Source: Acaryochloridaceae cyanobacterium VAR_48_metabat_390
GTDB taxonomy: Bacteria; Cyanobacteriota; Cyanobacteriia; Thermosynechococcales; Thermosynechococcaceae
Direction: 5' to 3'
Assembly: GCA_031422435.1 (NCBI GenBank)
Contig: JANPLU010000084.1
Span: 1-52,146, forward strand
Length of the DNA stretch: 52,146 nucleotides
Shown: positions 1-11,905 of the stretch, in pieces
Numbering within the stretch: the stretch's first letter is position 1
Layout: every line of letters starts with the position of its first letter
Program-made: the position numbers and the translations under genes
Notes under the pieces: model-generated
What the model was told of the DNA's origin: nothing
The model's input: the letters and a program-made list of their open reading frames with translations, nothing else
Database searches by the model: none

Positions 1-146
1 GCTTCAACTGTACGATGCGCCAACGAGTCTCACGATTAGTTCGTAAAACACTTTCCTTCTCCAAAAAACTGGAGAATCATATTGGGGCTATTTGGCTCTT
101 TGTGCATCATTACAATGCATCCTTACTTGTTTAGGACTACCAATTT

Positions 147-443
147 ATGAAACGGGCGTTTCGGAAATATCATCGCGCTTTGGCAACAATCTTGTGCCTG
201 CCCTTAGGCTTAACCGTCCTAACGGGCATGGCAACAACCATTGTGGGGGAATGGTCTTGGAATTTTGGACTCTCCCGTCGCGTCCTGCTGGGGCTGCATA
301 CGGGTGAAATTTTCCATCTTGAGGCGATCTACCCCATCCTAAACGGGTTAGGTCTAATTGGGCTATTGGTCACTGGGTCTAGCATGACGAGCGTATTTAA
401 GGCTAGAAAACCAAGAACATCCATTTCGGATTCTCTAGATTAA
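147..443 (+). CDS. Small two-TM membrane protein, PepSY-associated TM-helix-like
   Basis: 98 aa; N-terminal [17 protein letters not shown] helix and LH.GE motif resemble cyanobacterial PepSY-TM proteins. Confidence 0.6.
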   Translation: MKRAFRKYHRALATILCLPLGLTVLTGMATTIVGEWSWNFGLSRRVLLGLHTGEIFHLEAIYPILNGLGLIGLLVTGSSMTSVFKARKPRTSISDSLD

Positions 444-505
444 AGTGGATTTACCGTAGATTGGAGTTCATTGCTCAGGGTCGCTATCCCAATTGTTTTT
501 ACCCT

Positions 506-1420
506 ATGCGTACTTCCCATTCCCCTCCCTCTGCGCGATCCTATGCGGTGTTGTCCATTGTGGCGGCGCTGCTCACCATTGCCCTCAAGTTTGGAGCCTA
601 TGCCCTCACAGGTTCGGTCGGGCTACTTTCCGATGCCATTGAGTCCATTGTCAACTTAGTGGCGGCAGGGGCTGCCTTTTGGGCGCTCTCCTACGCTTCT
701 AAACCGCCTGACGCGGAACATACCTTTGGGCATTCCAAAGCAGAGTATTTTTCCAGCGCCCTTGAAGGGATTTTGATTTTAGTGGCTGCCCTTAGCATTG
801 CCGTAGCAGCAACAGACCGCCTCCTCCATCCACAGCCCATTGAGCAGGTGGGCATTGGATTAGGACTGGCTCTGGTTGCCACGGCTTTGAATGGCGGCGT
901 TGCTTGGACTTTACTTCAGGCCAGCCGACGGTTTCGTTCCATCACCCTCCGTGCGGATGCCCACCATTTACTGACGGATGTGTGGACTTCTGTGGGCGTC
1001 GTGCTGGGCATTGGGTTGGTCAGCGTTACAGGTTGGGTCATTTTTGACCCCATTGTGGCGCTGCTGGTGGCAGCCAATATTGTGTGGACGGGGCTAAGGC
1101 TGCTCAGAGAGACGGGATCGGGGCTACTCGATTCTGCGATTCCCGCAGAGGACCAAAAGGCGATCACCCTAATCTTAAGTGAATACAAACCCCAAGGCGT
1201 TCAGTTTCATGCCCTCAGAACTCGCGTGGCTGGGTCACACTGCTTTGTCTCATTTCATGTGCTGGTGCCAGGGGCTTGGACTGTTCAGCGAGGGCACGAT
1301 TTGTGCGAGATGATTGAACAGGCGATCGCCGCAGCTCTACCAGGGACAGACGTAACCACCCATCTTGAACCCATCGAAGACCCGATCTCCTGGGATGATG
1401 ACGGTCTGTCAAACGATTAA
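506..1420 (+). CDS. Cation diffusion facilitator (CDF/FieF-like) transporter
   Basis: [46 protein letters not shown] and THLEP motifs; the in-frame ATG at 506 is preferred to TTG at 461. Confidence 0.9.
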   Translation: MRTSHSPPSARSYAVLSIVAALLTIALKFGAYALTGSVGLLSDAIESIVNLVAAGAAFWALSYASKPPDAEHTFGHSKAEYFSSALEGILILVAALSIAVAATDRLLHPQPIEQVGIGLGLALVATALNGGVAWTLLQASRRFRSITLRADAHHLLTDVWTSVGVVLGIGLVSVTGWVIFDPIVALLVAANIVWTGLRLLRETGSGLLDSAIPAEDQKAITLILSEYKPQGVQFHALRTRVAGSHCFVSFHVLVPGAWTVQRGHDLCEMIEQAIAAALPGTDVTTHLEPIEDPISWDDDGLSND

Positions 1421-1483
1421 ATGAATTCAAGCTAAGAACGTGTGGTTCAATATACTCTGTATATAAGAGCTTCTAGGTTTAAG

Positions 1484-2419
1484 ATGGTGCAAGCTACTGA
1501 GACTAGGTTATCAAGAGAAAGCGTTTTTGCTTTGAAGGTTGATTTCAGTCCTGAAACAACTAATCCAGCAAAGATGTTTCGTGCCTTATCGGGCTTGTCA
1601 GATGCATTACAAGCAACCGATCAAACACTTATTAGATCTCTCAACATCAGAATAGAACCTATTCTTCTTATTGATGATATTGAAAAAGGTTCTCTTCTGA
1701 TTTGGATTAGAAATTTTTTACAAAGCATTGATGATGACTCCATCAAAGATTTAAGTTTGAAAAAATTAGTCGGAAATTATCTGGTAAAAGGTAAATATAT
1801 AATCATTGATTTCATAAACAATCGTAACTCAATCTCAAGTAGAGATGAAATCATAGAATTACAAGCCGAACTGATCCAAGAAGCCGAGCGAACAGGTATT
1901 AGTAGCTTATCAATATATAACCCAGTCAATCAAAGAGATATTCTTTCAAACATCAATCAAATCAAAAATGCTTTATCTGAACTGGATGAAGAGTCTAAAG
2001 TTTATTACTATCTGAATCCTAGTGAATCTCTACCTTTTAACAAAGCCTTTAATATATCGCCTGAATCCATTGAAGACTTGGCCACCAGTGATATTTTGTG
2101 TGGAAAGCTTCCAATGATTCTCAAGGTTAAGAAACCAGACTATCTCGGGGAGTCAAAATGGGAATTTCGACATGAAAAGAAGAAGATAGAAGCAAAAATA
2201 ATTGATTCTAATTGGATTAAAATATTTCGTTCTAGATAAATTAATTTAGGACCAGGAGATGCACTAAGAGTTGATGTGGAAGTTGAAACTCGTTATGACT
2301 TGAATAGAGAAGTTATTTCGATTACATATACGATTTCAAAGGTTTTCGAGGTGATTCCTATGACTTCTGCTGAACAGCTTTCCATTGAAGAAATTGAGAA
2401 TGTTTATGAAGAATTTTGA
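1484..2419 (+). pseudogene. AT-rich hypothetical protein gene interrupted by one in-frame TAA (2237-2239)
   Basis: The frame stays open for 59 codons past the TAA (INLGPGDALRVDVEVETRYDLNREVISITYTISKVFEVIP...EEF) to TGA at 2417-2419; visibly lower GC than neighbours. Confidence 0.65.
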
Positions 2420-2566
2420 AAAGCTAAGTTATTTATGAGCTTGGGGCTTTTATTAAATCTTAGAAATCATGAATAATTTGAGCCTGAACTGCTGCCTAAA
2501 AGATAACGGAGGCGTAAAAGACACGATTATCTAAACCCTCAAACGATGACGAAAGCTAGGTAAAGC

Positions 2567-5281
2567 CTATCCTAAACCTGGGTCATCCAAAAGCATTGGC
2601 TCTCGCAGGGTATCCATTTCATTAATGGGGAAGCGATCAATCACCTGCACTGCTCGTCGCGCATTCTGACGCAGCTCTGCGGAAAGGTAGGGCACATTAG
2701 GGATTTGGGACAAAACATCAACCGTTCGCCGCAAGATCCGCACAATATCTCCTTCGTCTAGACTGGTACCCGCACACAGTTCTGCCCAAGTGGCACCGGA
2801 AGCCCACTGCTCAATCATGCCAATCAGCTCAGTCTCAAGCCAGACTGGAAGCGTCACGCCTTCTCTGTGCTGCGCCTGAATAAGCTGCCGTTTAAGGGAG
2901 CGGAGTGATTCTAACGCCTCCTGTACAGGAGCTGCTGCGGTGTACCGCACCCAACTATCGGAGCGGTTATTTTCGGCAACCAGAGCCGCGCAAGCCGTCG
3001 CCAGATGATGGGGTGCCAAGGCTTCAAACTCACCGGAGCGTAACACTAAGGCCAGCCACAGCTCATTTTCGCCTCGCAGGAGGGCGGCGGTTTTACCTAG
3101 GTTAGTCGGCTGAAGGTGATCGAGTGCCTCAAACTGACGCAAGAGCTTGACTAGGCACAGAAAGTCTTGCCAGCGCTGTTGAGACTGATGGTGCAGTTTG
3201 GCCTTGCGATCGCGCAGGTGAGATTGCAGCCGACCAATGCGCTGGTCAATCCGCAGAAAAATAGGGTGCTGCTTCTGGGTGGCGTGGGCAGGGTGAGATT
3301 TAATCTGTGCCTCTACAGCATCAATACGCGTCTGCTGCCCCTCAAGCTCTGGGGGAATTTCTCGTGTCAAGGACGGAATTTTCTGAGCGACTTCTGCCGT
3401 TTGGGGTTCTCCAGGGCGCGTATGTCCTGGCTTAAACGACCAGTCCTTCGGGATAGAAATGGCTTCAATCCCTTTCATCACGGCGGTCTGAATGTTCAAT
3501 ACATCGCGGCAGGTGGCAACACACCAAACATTATCTTGGCGCAAACATAAAAAGTGCGGGAGTTGACCGCTGCCGGAGAGTAATTCTATAAGTAGAGCGC
3601 TGAACGGACGATCGCCCCCCGAATTGCCTTTACCCATCGGCTTAAGCAGCAGAACTGCCCCAGGCGAAAGCTGCGGCAGTGCCTGAAGAGTGTCCTGAAG
3701 GCAGATCTCTTCGGCCTGATGCTCTAGCACTTTCAGTAAACGCTGTTCTTCTTTAAGACGACCCTTCAGTTTGCTGTACTGCTGAATCTGCGTCAGATTG
3801 ACGGTAGCCGCCTTTTGCTGAAGTTCGTCAATTTCTTTCTCTAGGTCGGCGATCACTTGCTGCTGCGGTGCCAACTGCTGCATGGCAATATACTGCCCAA
3901 AGCTTTTCTCAATGAGCGCCCGTGATTCTTCAAGGGTGCGGGTTTGCAGTAGGTTCAGCACCATGCCGTAGCTGGGGGTGAACTGACTCACTAAGGGGTC
4001 TGCCCCCATCGTGGCAAGGTAGGCGGCTTCGTTTGCACCCTCAAAGGCGGTTTGCAGCGTAACGACATGGCCTAAAACATCCATGCCGCGCCGTCCGGCT
4101 CGACCGGACATCTGCAAAAATTCTGAAGCGTTGAGGAGGCGATGACCGAGATCGGTGCGCTTGGAAAGGCTTGAAATGACGGTGGTACGCGCAGGCATAT
4201 TAATCCCTGCGGCGAGAGTTTCAGTGGCAAAAATGACCTTAATAAAGCCCTGCTGAAACAGTTCTTCCACCAACGACTTCCACGCGGGGAGCAGCCCTGC
4301 ATGGTGCGGCGCAACGCCCCGACGAATGCCGTCTAATACAGGGGACTGAGCCAGCTCTGGGTACAGTGCCGTGAATTGAGCAAGGCGCACCTTAAGCTGA
4401 GCCGATTCTTCAGCATTTAGCAAAAGCTTAAGTTCTCGGGTCGCAAGGACGGCCTGGTCACAGCCGCGCCGACTAAAGATAAAGTAAATGGCAGGCAGCA
4501 TTTGCCGCTGCTGGAGCGCCACAATCACCGAGTAGGGGTCAGGCGATGCGCTTCGGGGACTGCGCGATCGCCCCCCCCGCTGCTTAGACGGCAGCGCCTT
4601 CAGTTTGGGGTTGAGTTTGGTGCGCTGCTGGTTTAGCAACGGAAACAACCCCTGATGGTTGCCAAAGTGAAACTGAAGCGGCACAGGCCGCCAGTCTGAC
4701 TGAATGAGCTGAGTAGGGCCATGCACCCATTCAATCCAGTGGGTGAGCTGCTCGGCGTTGGCGATGGTGGCGGAGAGCGCAATGAGCTGAATGTTGGGCG
4801 GACAGTAAATGATAGATTCTTCCCAGACCGTCCCACGCTGGCGATCGTTCATATAGTGGCACTCGTCTAGCACCACGGCTTCTACGTCCGTAAGAGCCGT
4901 CTCAATCACCTCGGTAAAGGTGCCGTAGAGAATATTGCGGAAAATCTCGGTGGTCATAACCAAAATAGGCGCATCTCGGTTGATGCACAGATCGCCCGTC
5001 ACCAGACCCACTTTATCCGCGCCAAACTGATGGCGGAAATCTCGCAGCTTTTGATTGGAAAGTGCCTTAAGGGGCGTTGTGTACAGCACTCGCTTGCCCC
5101 GAGACAGCGCTCGCGCAATGGCGTATTCTCCAATTAGCGTTTTGCCGGAGCCAGTCGGAGCCACAACAACAACAGACTTGTCGGCATTGAGTGCGGCGAT
5201 CGCCTCAGTCTGAAATGCGTCCAACTCAAAGGGATACAGCATTGACAGATCTAAACCAGAGGCTGAAACATTTTGTTGCAC
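2567..5281 (-). CDS. helY: Ski2/HelY-like DEAD/DEAH-box RNA helicase with DSHCT C-terminus
   Basis: APTGSGKT, TPLKALSNQK, LDECH, LSAT, ATETLAAGINMPA, QMSGRAGRRG, DEGDIVRILRR. Confidence 0.9.
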   Translation of the reverse strand: MQQNVSASGLDLSMLYPFELDAFQTEAIAALNADKSVVVVAPTGSGKTLIGEYAIARALSRGKRVLYTTPLKALSNQKLRDFRHQFGADKVGLVTGDLCINRDAPILVMTTEIFRNILYGTFTEVIETALTDVEAVVLDECHYMNDRQRGTVWEESIIYCPPNIQLIALSATIANAEQLTHWIEWVHGPTQLIQSDWRPVPLQFHFGNHQGLFPLLNQQRTKLNPKLKALPSKQRGGRSRSPRSASPDPYSVIVALQQRQMLPAIYFIFSRRGCDQAVLATRELKLLLNAEESAQLKVRLAQFTALYPELAQSPVLDGIRRGVAPHHAGLLPAWKSLVEELFQQGFIKVIFATETLAAGINMPARTTVISSLSKRTDLGHRLLNASEFLQMSGRAGRRGMDVLGHVVTLQTAFEGANEAAYLATMGADPLVSQFTPSYGMVLNLLQTRTLEESRALIEKSFGQYIAMQQLAPQQQVIADLEKEIDELQQKAATVNLTQIQQYSKLKGRLKEEQRLLKVLEHQAEEICLQDTLQALPQLSPGAVLLLKPMGKGNSGGDRPFSALLIELLSGSGQLPHFLCLRQDNVWCVATCRDVLNIQTAVMKGIEAISIPKDWSFKPGHTRPGEPQTAEVAQKIPSLTREIPPELEGQQTRIDAVEAQIKSHPAHATQKQHPIFLRIDQRIGRLQSHLRDRKAKLHHQSQQRWQDFLCLVKLLRQFEALDHLQPTNLGKTAALLRGENELWLALVLRSGEFEALAPHHLATACAALVAENNRSDSWVRYTAAAPVQEALESLRSLKRQLIQAQHREGVTLPVWLETELIGMIEQWASGATWAELCAGTSLDEGDIVRILRRTVDVLSQIPNVPYLSAELRQNARRAVQVIDRFPINEMDTLREPMLLDDPGLG

Positions 5282-5392
5282 AGGTACACCAACGCCATAA
5301 ATGGGACTTTAGTTTTTGCGGCAAAACCCGCCGATCCCTCTGGCTTTTCCTTTGGTTCTATTCTATAGTCCTCTTTCCTTTCAAGACAGAAA

Positions 5393-5427
5393 CTGCCCGG
5401 GCAACAAGTACCCGAGCAGCCCCCTAC
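5393..5427 (-). terminator. Hairpin after cheA (terminator or GTAG-type REP-like)
   Basis: ctgcccggg...cccgagcag arms followed by cccctac (GTAG on the minus strand) just downstream of the cheA stop. Confidence 0.4.
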
Positions 5428-5442
5428 GATATGCGATGCGAC

Positions 5443-8400
5443 CTATTTGATCAACACTTCTCCATTGATCATCCGCTGAGCCGCATCTAGCAGCACTTCT
5501 TCGAGGTAGGGCTTTGTAAAATAGCCCTTTGCCCCTAAGTCAACCGCCATCTTCTTATGCTTAGATGCACCCCGAGACGTCAGCATGGCGATCGGCAGAT
5601 CGTGAAGATCCTCATCTTGCTGAAGGCGAGATAGCAGTTCAAGACCGTCCATCCGAGGCATTTCAACATCGCAGAAGATGAGATCGCAGGGTAGCCCAGA
5701 GCGCAGCTTTTCCCAGGCTTCCATGCCATCTCTTGCCTGCTCTACTCGATAGCCTGCTTTGCTGAAGGTCAAAGACAGCAGTTCTCGCACCGTAATAGAG
5801 TCATCCACAATCAGCACCATCGGATCCGTTTCGACCTCACTGACCGGAATCTCAGCGGCACCTTGCCAAAACTGATGGTTCCGCTCAACCCGATCTAGGG
5901 ACAGATCGATTAGCTCCAGCACATCGGCGATGACCATAACCCGACCATCCCCCTGTACCGTCACCCCAGAGATGCCGAGGGGTTTGGGGACAGGACCCGT
6001 CAACTGCTTGATGACGATTTCCTGCTCACCCATCACCTCATCAACCTGAAGCCCAATAAAGTCATCGCCACTGCGCAGAATAACGACGGAAACTTTACCG
6101 CTGCTATCGGGGCTGTGGTAGCGCCCACCCCGCTTAATGGTGCGGTTGTAGGGCAGCATCTGGGTTAGGGTTTTGCAGGGGAGTTGGCGATCGCGCCAGA
6201 CAATCAGTGACTGCCCGTCATCTTGCGCCACGATCTGCTCTGGGTCTAAATCCAACATATCTTCAACCCCATCAATGGGGAAGGCAATGCTGTAGTTTTG
6301 ATGCAGGCAGCATAGCGCTTTGGTAATACTCAGCGTCAGCGGCAGGCGAATGGTAAACGTTGTGCCTTTATCTGGCGTTGAGTCTGTGTTAATGACCCCG
6401 CGCAAGTCGCTAATGGAGCTACGCACCACATCCATGCCAACCCCGCGCCCAGCTAACTGATCGGCCTGATCATTCGTTGAGAAACCAGACTGAAACAGAA
6501 AAGCATAGATTTCTTGTTTTGACATAACCGCAGCTTCTGCCGCCGTTATGAGTCCTTTCTCAATCGCTTTGGTCTTGACGCGCTCAATGTCAATTCCGGC
6601 TCCATCATCCGCAATTGAGATGATGGTCTGATTCCCTTGATAAAACACCCGAATCTTGATAGTTCCTTCTGGATCTTTTCCCAGACGCTGACGAACTTCA
6701 GGCGTCTCAAGTCCGTGGTAAATAGCGTTATTAACCAGGTGGGTTAGTGGATCATAAATGCGCTCTAAAATCCCTTTATCAATCAGCGTGTCGCGTCCCT
6801 CTAGCTCTAGACGTGCCTGCTTACCACACCTCAGAGAAACATCTCGGATGGCCCGGGGCAGGCGCTCTGCCATTTGAGAAAACGGAATCATGCGTGAGGT
6901 CGTTAGACCTTCTTGAACCTGAGTGGTGACTTGACGGAAGACCCGTGTAACCTGCTCATTAGAGTCAACGACAAATTGAATGTCGGAGGCCGCCTCACGC
7001 ACCCGCACAATCCGTTCAATAATTTCTTGGGATAGGCTATGGAATCCAGTAAAGTTATCCATTTCTAGGGCATCAAAGCTAAAGCCCGATGCATGAGCCG
7101 TTTGCTCAGAGTCTCCTTCTCCAAAAATGCCGCTGGTGCCGCCTAGCCTAGACGCAGGCACAGATCTCTTTGAGCGCTGCGTTGCCGCTAGCAAAGAACT
7201 TTCCAGGAGAGAACGCTCGTACAAATCCTGCATTTGCTGGCCCAGTTCGCCAAGCTGCTGCACCTGAAACAATAGATTATCGAGAAACTGGCGTTGCCGA
7301 TCCTGGTTGTCTTCCAGGGTATTTCGGTTAATGACCAGTTCCCCGATCAAGTTACTGAGGTTATCAAGCTGCTTAACCCCCACCTTCATGGTTTGAGCAG
7401 AACCAGGTCGCCGATTGGAGCGATTGGCGGCATTACGTCCCCCAGTAGCAGCGCCAGAGGATTCAGCGTCCAGAAGCCTCTCAAGGTCACTAAATTCGGA
7501 ATCGAACGATTCAGCAACGGGCACTTCTAGCTCAAAGTTATGAGCAAGGCTTGGCTCTTCTGCCAGCAGAGCTTTTAATGCCTCAAAGTCAACAGACACA
7601 GCAGTAGCGGCGAGGGGAAGCACCTCCTCAAACTGGGGGGCTATCTGCGGTTCTTGTAAGAGGTCATCTAAGAAGGACTCAACGGAGTCTGCGGCAGTTG
7701 TTGGCGCAGCGGCAGACTCACTAAATACGCTAAACCAGTCCATGCTGTCTAAGACTGGAGCGGCTGGAATGAGGCTTAACAGGGGCTGAGGTGGCTGAAT
7801 GGTTGAGGTATGACCCTCTAGCACCGCATCTCGAGCCTCTTTAAGGGCTGGAATGGTAATTGCAGCTAGGGTGGCTAACGCATTTTTAGACTCGGCGATC
7901 GCATCGCTGACCGTCATCACCAAATTCTGCCAGGTTGCCAACCCAGCCTGGGCACCTAGCTCACATAAACTCGCGCAGACTTCTTGTAGGCCCTGTCGGG
8001 CGGCAACAGCATCGCTAGTATCGGCCTGAAAAAGCTGAAGCATCAAACGGAGCTGTTCTAAAACATCTGACTCAAAGGCAACCATTGTCTGCTCTTGAGA
8101 CATTGCCGCCGCAGATGCAGCACCAACCGTATCGCCGTCGGACTCTAACTCAAACTCAGTGCCTGTAAGCTGAGCCAAATGCGCCTGAAGCTCAGCAAAA
8201 ACTGGCTCCACTGACTGGATCGTTTGATAAGATAGCTCATCAGAAAGAGACAGCGAATTCTGAAGCTCCTCCGTAAGCGTACTCAAACCGTCAAATATCT
8301 TTAAGAATAAAGCCTCAATTTTGGCATCCACCTTGACGGGATGATCTCTCAGAACTTTAAAGTAGTCTTCTAGACGATGAGAAATATGCTGCATACTGTG

Positions 8401-8583
8401 AATGCCCAGCATTGCCGCCCCTCCCTTCACCGAGTGAGCAGCCCGAAACACCTCACTCATCAGCTCTGCGTCATCGACCACAGCCTGAAGATTGAGCAGC
8501 CCATTTTCAATGGTGTCTAAATGCTCCTTTGCTTCTTCAATAAAATAGCCAAGTATCCGCTGTTGTTCAGGCTGCATGGGCAC
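5443..8583 (-). CDS. CheA-like hybrid histidine kinase/response regulator (PilL/HmpE type)
   Basis: Hpt FRAAHSVKGGA, HLVNNAIYHG, DDGAGID, GRGVGMDVV, CheW domain, C-terminal receiver (IVDDS...CDVEMPRMDG). Confidence 0.93.
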   Translation of the reverse strand: MPMQPEQQRILGYFIEEAKEHLDTIENGLLNLQAVVDDAELMSEVFRAAHSVKGGAAMLGIHSMQHISHRLEDYFKVLRDHPVKVDAKIEALFLKIFDGLSTLTEELQNSLSLSDELSYQTIQSVEPVFAELQAHLAQLTGTEFELESDGDTVGAASAAAMSQEQTMVAFESDVLEQLRLMLQLFQADTSDAVAARQGLQEVCASLCELGAQAGLATWQNLVMTVSDAIAESKNALATLAAITIPALKEARDAVLEGHTSTIQPPQPLLSLIPAAPVLDSMDWFSVFSESAAAPTTAADSVESFLDDLLQEPQIAPQFEEVLPLAATAVSVDFEALKALLAEEPSLAHNFELEVPVAESFDSEFSDLERLLDAESSGAATGGRNAANRSNRRPGSAQTMKVGVKQLDNLSNLIGELVINRNTLEDNQDRQRQFLDNLLFQVQQLGELGQQMQDLYERSLLESSLLAATQRSKRSVPASRLGGTSGIFGEGDSEQTAHASGFSFDALEMDNFTGFHSLSQEIIERIVRVREAASDIQFVVDSNEQVTRVFRQVTTQVQEGLTTSRMIPFSQMAERLPRAIRDVSLRCGKQARLELEGRDTLIDKGILERIYDPLTHLVNNAIYHGLETPEVRQRLGKDPEGTIKIRVFYQGNQTIISIADDGAGIDIERVKTKAIEKGLITAAEAAVMSKQEIYAFLFQSGFSTNDQADQLAGRGVGMDVVRSSISDLRGVINTDSTPDKGTTFTIRLPLTLSITKALCCLHQNYSIAFPIDGVEDMLDLDPEQIVAQDDGQSLIVWRDRQLPCKTLTQMLPYNRTIKRGGRYHSPDSSGKVSVVILRSGDDFIGLQVDEVMGEQEIVIKQLTGPVPKPLGISGVTVQGDGRVMVIADVLELIDLSLDRVERNHQFWQGAAEIPVSEVETDPMVLIVDDSITVRELLSLTFSKAGYRVEQARDGMEAWEKLRSGLPCDLIFCDVEMPRMDGLELLSRLQQDEDLHDLPIAMLTSRGASKHKKMAVDLGAKGYFTKPYLEEVLLDAAQRMINGEVLIK

Positions 8584-8669
8584 CCCCTCCTAAGATCTCC
8601 GTAAAATAGGCCAATGCTTGCATCATGGATCCGCTAAAGTTCTGAGTGGTGAATTGGGTGTTGAATGGC

Positions 8670-11168
8670 TTAGCTAAACTCTGTTCCATCGACTTTAAAA
8701 CGCTCCACAGAAGACTGTAGATCGCGTGCCACGCCCACCAGATTACGCAGCGAATCGGATACGCGCTGAGCCTCTTGGGAGGTTTCTTGAGCAGTCAACT
8801 CAACGGACTGCATCACCTGCCCCACATAGCGTGAGGTTTCAGTTTGTTCGGAGGTTGCTTTGGTAATAGAGCCAACCAACTGCTTAATTTGCTCAGACAC
8901 CTGAATAATGTCCTCTAGGGAGTGTTTGGCCTGTTCGGCTCGCTGGGTTCCTTCAATAACCTGCTGAGTTCCCTCCTCCATTGCGGTCATCACAGAGCTG
9001 GTTTCTCCCTGAATTTGAAGCACAATTTGCTCAATTTCCTTAGAAGACTTGGCGGCTCGGTCTGCCAACTGACGCACTTCATCTGCCACCACCGCGAACC
9101 CTCGACCCGATTCGCCTGCCCGTGCCGCCTCAATACTGGCGTTTAAGGCCAAAAGGTTGGTTCGAGACGCAATCTGCGAAATTAAACCCACAATCTTAGA
9201 AATTTCTTGAGAAGATTCCGCTAGTCGCTTTACCTTACGGGTCGTTTCCGCCACCGTTTCTCGAATCTGCATAATCCCTGCTACGGTGCTTTCTACCGCC
9301 TCTCCACCCCGTAACGCGGCGTCAGATGCACGTCGGGCGACCTGGTCGGCAGCACGGGCGCTATCCGCCACTTCCTGAATCGAAGTCGTCATCATCTGTA
9401 CCGAGTTCAGCGTAGCGGCGAGTTCCTCCGCCTGCCGAAGCGCATCGGAAGATAGCTCTCGGGCAAATTCTTCGTTTTCTGCAGCGCCCTTATTCACTTC
9501 TTGAGCCGCAACCTTCACCTGCTTAACGATTTTTTGAAGGTTGTAAATGGTGAGGTTGAAGGAGTCAGCAACCGCACCCAAAATGTCGGCTGTCACCTCA
9601 GCCTGAACCGTGAGGTCCCCCCGCGCTGCCCCTTCTACGTCGTCTAGCAGGCGAATCACCTGACGCTGAAGATCTTCTTTGGCCTTTTCCTGATCGTCAG
9701 CCTTTCGCTGAGAGTCTTTGGTACTGGACTCAATAAAGTGAGTCATTTTGTTGAAGCTCTTGGCAAGTTGACCAAACTCATCATCAGAGAACTCGATCGC
9801 CTTGACCCCCCAATCGCCTTGCGCAACAGCCGATAGTTTAGTCTGCAAGTCGCTGGTTGATGCCTTAAGCTGACGCGTGATAATTTGACTGAGCGCCAGA
9901 GTGGTAAGCCCTCCCATTGCCCCTGCGGCTGCAGCCCCTAACCCTAACTTCGCCATGGGCGTTCCTTGTAGACTGCCCACCACCAGTGCCGTTACGCCAA
10001 CCACCACACCCGTAGATGCCGCCATGATAATGGGCTTTTTATTGAGGGGCGTATTTTCAAAGGGGGCTAACATTGGCAGTCGCCGTGAAACCACGTTTAA
10101 TGCCGCAGCCTTGTCAGAGTCAGCTTTCAGCGTGCTGCTGCTAGACGGCTTCTTCATCAAAGCCTCTGACTTTTCAGCCCCACTGCTTAAAGACGGTTGC
10201 GCTACAGGCTCAATGGATAGAATGCCTGTGGCATCAGCTTCCCACTCTTCAAGCATATTTCCTTCCCTGAGTGGATGGACGGCATCCGCATTAGTATCGA
10301 GATAAAAATCTGCTTCCGTTTGGAGGGAAACAGATCTATCGAGATTGGCGAGGTGATCGGGTGAATCCATCTCGTCGTTGTCTATGTGATTTAGAAAATC
10401 GCTGAAATCTTCTTCACCGCTTTGGATCTGAGACGGTAAGGCACTACTGGGCAAGCCATCATCCAATCCATTTATATTTTCTTCTGCAAAATTGTTAACG
10501 TGAGGCGCATCACCAGCATTGGCTTGCTCTCCAGAAAATTGATTATCTGACATCGAACCCTCTGGCTTTTGTGAACCTTTTTTTCCCATCAAGAGCGTAA
10601 TTTCTTCATCATCATCAAATAAATCTGAAGCCTGAGCTAAGTCAGCTGAACCCAAAAGGCTCTCTTCAGAATTGTTCTCTTGAAACAACAGATTTCGCCA
10701 GCCTACCTGAGACGCAGGTGCTTCCATACCGTTTTGCATCTCTAAATCAAGATTGGCGGCTGGAACCTCAACCTGCTTTTGAGAGGCCGCTAAGCCCACC
10801 TGAATTTGGGTCATTTCCCCTTCAGATTCAGAATACGATGACATATCTGGCCAATACTCTACTGGCCCAGTCATATCTTCAATCGAGCTATCCCCTAAAA
10901 TCTGAGCGACATCTGACAGGCTATTGTTGGCGCAACCCCTCAATTCGGGGTCATTGGTCACTTGTAGCACCTGCTGATAGTGGTGCTGTGCAACGTCATA
11001 CTGACGTAAACAACTGTAGATGTGACCGCAGAGCAACTGTAGGTTTGGATCGTCAGGATACTCTGATACCAAGGTCTTTGTAAGAGATGCGGCGTCTTCA
11101 TAGTGACCCTGCATGTAAGCACTCACTGCTTGTTGATATTGCTGTGCATATTGAGTACTGAATGCCAT
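8670..11168 (-). CDS. Methyl-accepting chemotaxis protein (PilJ/HmpD type) with N-terminal TPR
   Basis: [37 protein letters not shown] signature, HAMP ([11 protein letters not shown]), two TM helices, N-terminal TPR-like helices. Confidence 0.93.
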   Translation of the reverse strand: MAFSTQYAQQYQQAVSAYMQGHYEDAASLTKTLVSEYPDDPNLQLLCGHIYSCLRQYDVAQHHYQQVLQVTNDPELRGCANNSLSDVAQILGDSSIEDMTGPVEYWPDMSSYSESEGEMTQIQVGLAASQKQVEVPAANLDLEMQNGMEAPASQVGWRNLLFQENNSEESLLGSADLAQASDLFDDDEEITLLMGKKGSQKPEGSMSDNQFSGEQANAGDAPHVNNFAEENINGLDDGLPSSALPSQIQSGEEDFSDFLNHIDNDEMDSPDHLANLDRSVSLQTEADFYLDTNADAVHPLREGNMLEEWEADATGILSIEPVAQPSLSSGAEKSEALMKKPSSSSTLKADSDKAAALNVVSRRLPMLAPFENTPLNKKPIIMAASTGVVVGVTALVVGSLQGTPMAKLGLGAAAAGAMGGLTTLALSQIITRQLKASTSDLQTKLSAVAQGDWGVKAIEFSDDEFGQLAKSFNKMTHFIESSTKDSQRKADDQEKAKEDLQRQVIRLLDDVEGAARGDLTVQAEVTADILGAVADSFNLTIYNLQKIVKQVKVAAQEVNKGAAENEEFARELSSDALRQAEELAATLNSVQMMTTSIQEVADSARAADQVARRASDAALRGGEAVESTVAGIMQIRETVAETTRKVKRLAESSQEISKIVGLISQIASRTNLLALNASIEAARAGESGRGFAVVADEVRQLADRAAKSSKEIEQIVLQIQGETSSVMTAMEEGTQQVIEGTQRAEQAKHSLEDIIQVSEQIKQLVGSITKATSEQTETSRYVGQVMQSVELTAQETSQEAQRVSDSLRNLVGVARDLQSSVERFKVDGTEFS

Positions 11169-11339
11169 TGAAATGCTCCTGACGGTTGTTCTACGGGAAT
11201 CTAGTTTTCACAACGCACTAACGACAAGGAAACTCACGCTCTGTTCTATGTGACGCTAGAAAACACACTAACGGAAAAAGAAATAAAGTGGATTGCTTTG
11301 AGGCCTACACTTAGGGGTCGAAATCAAGCAAAAAGATCG

Positions 11340-11900
11340 TTATGCAGCCCATCGTGCTGACCTCAGAATTGATGCTGGATCTAACAACTGCAGCGACTGC
11401 TCTGATAGTCCTTGCCATTCTCCCTTTAAAAAAGGCGTCATACTATCGACGGTTTGATTAGAGGTGGGCATGAGCGTGTCTAGGCTTAGCCATTCCATTC
11501 CTCTAATACGCTCGACCGCTAGACCCACCATGGTGTCTTGAGATTCGATAACGATAACAGAGACTTCCGTTCGTTCAGTATTCAGGAGTTTAGCGCCACC
11601 CAAAAACTGGCCCACATCAGAAACCCAAATCACCTGTCCTCGGAAATTTAAGACGCCCATGAGAATTGGCGAAACGTTGGGCACTGGAGTAATTTGATCT
11701 GGAACAATCGATAAAACCTCACGAATGCCCATTGCGGCTAATGCAAACTCCTCGCCCGACTCCACAAAAAAGCGTAAGTACAGGTCTCCCTCTGGATTTT
11801 GCTGGGATGGAAAATTAGATAAAGTCTCTGAGTAAGCGTCCTGGTTGGATACTTCAGCAGCGGGGAATTGAGGGTCAGGCAGATCAGGCCCATCGAACAT
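11340..11900 (-). CDS. CheW adaptor (PilI type)
   Basis: ITPVPNVSPILMGVLNFRGQVIWV, GLAVERI; operon position. Confidence 0.9.
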   Translation of the reverse strand: MFDGPDLPDPQFPAAEVSNQDAYSETLSNFPSQQNPEGDLYLRFFVESGEEFALAAMGIREVLSIVPDQITPVPNVSPILMGVLNFRGQVIWVSDVGQFLGGAKLLNTERTEVSVIVIESQDTMVGLAVERIRGMEWLSLDTLMPTSNQTVDSMTPFLKGEWQGLSEQSLQLLDPASILRSARWAA

Positions 11901-11905
11901 AGCGA

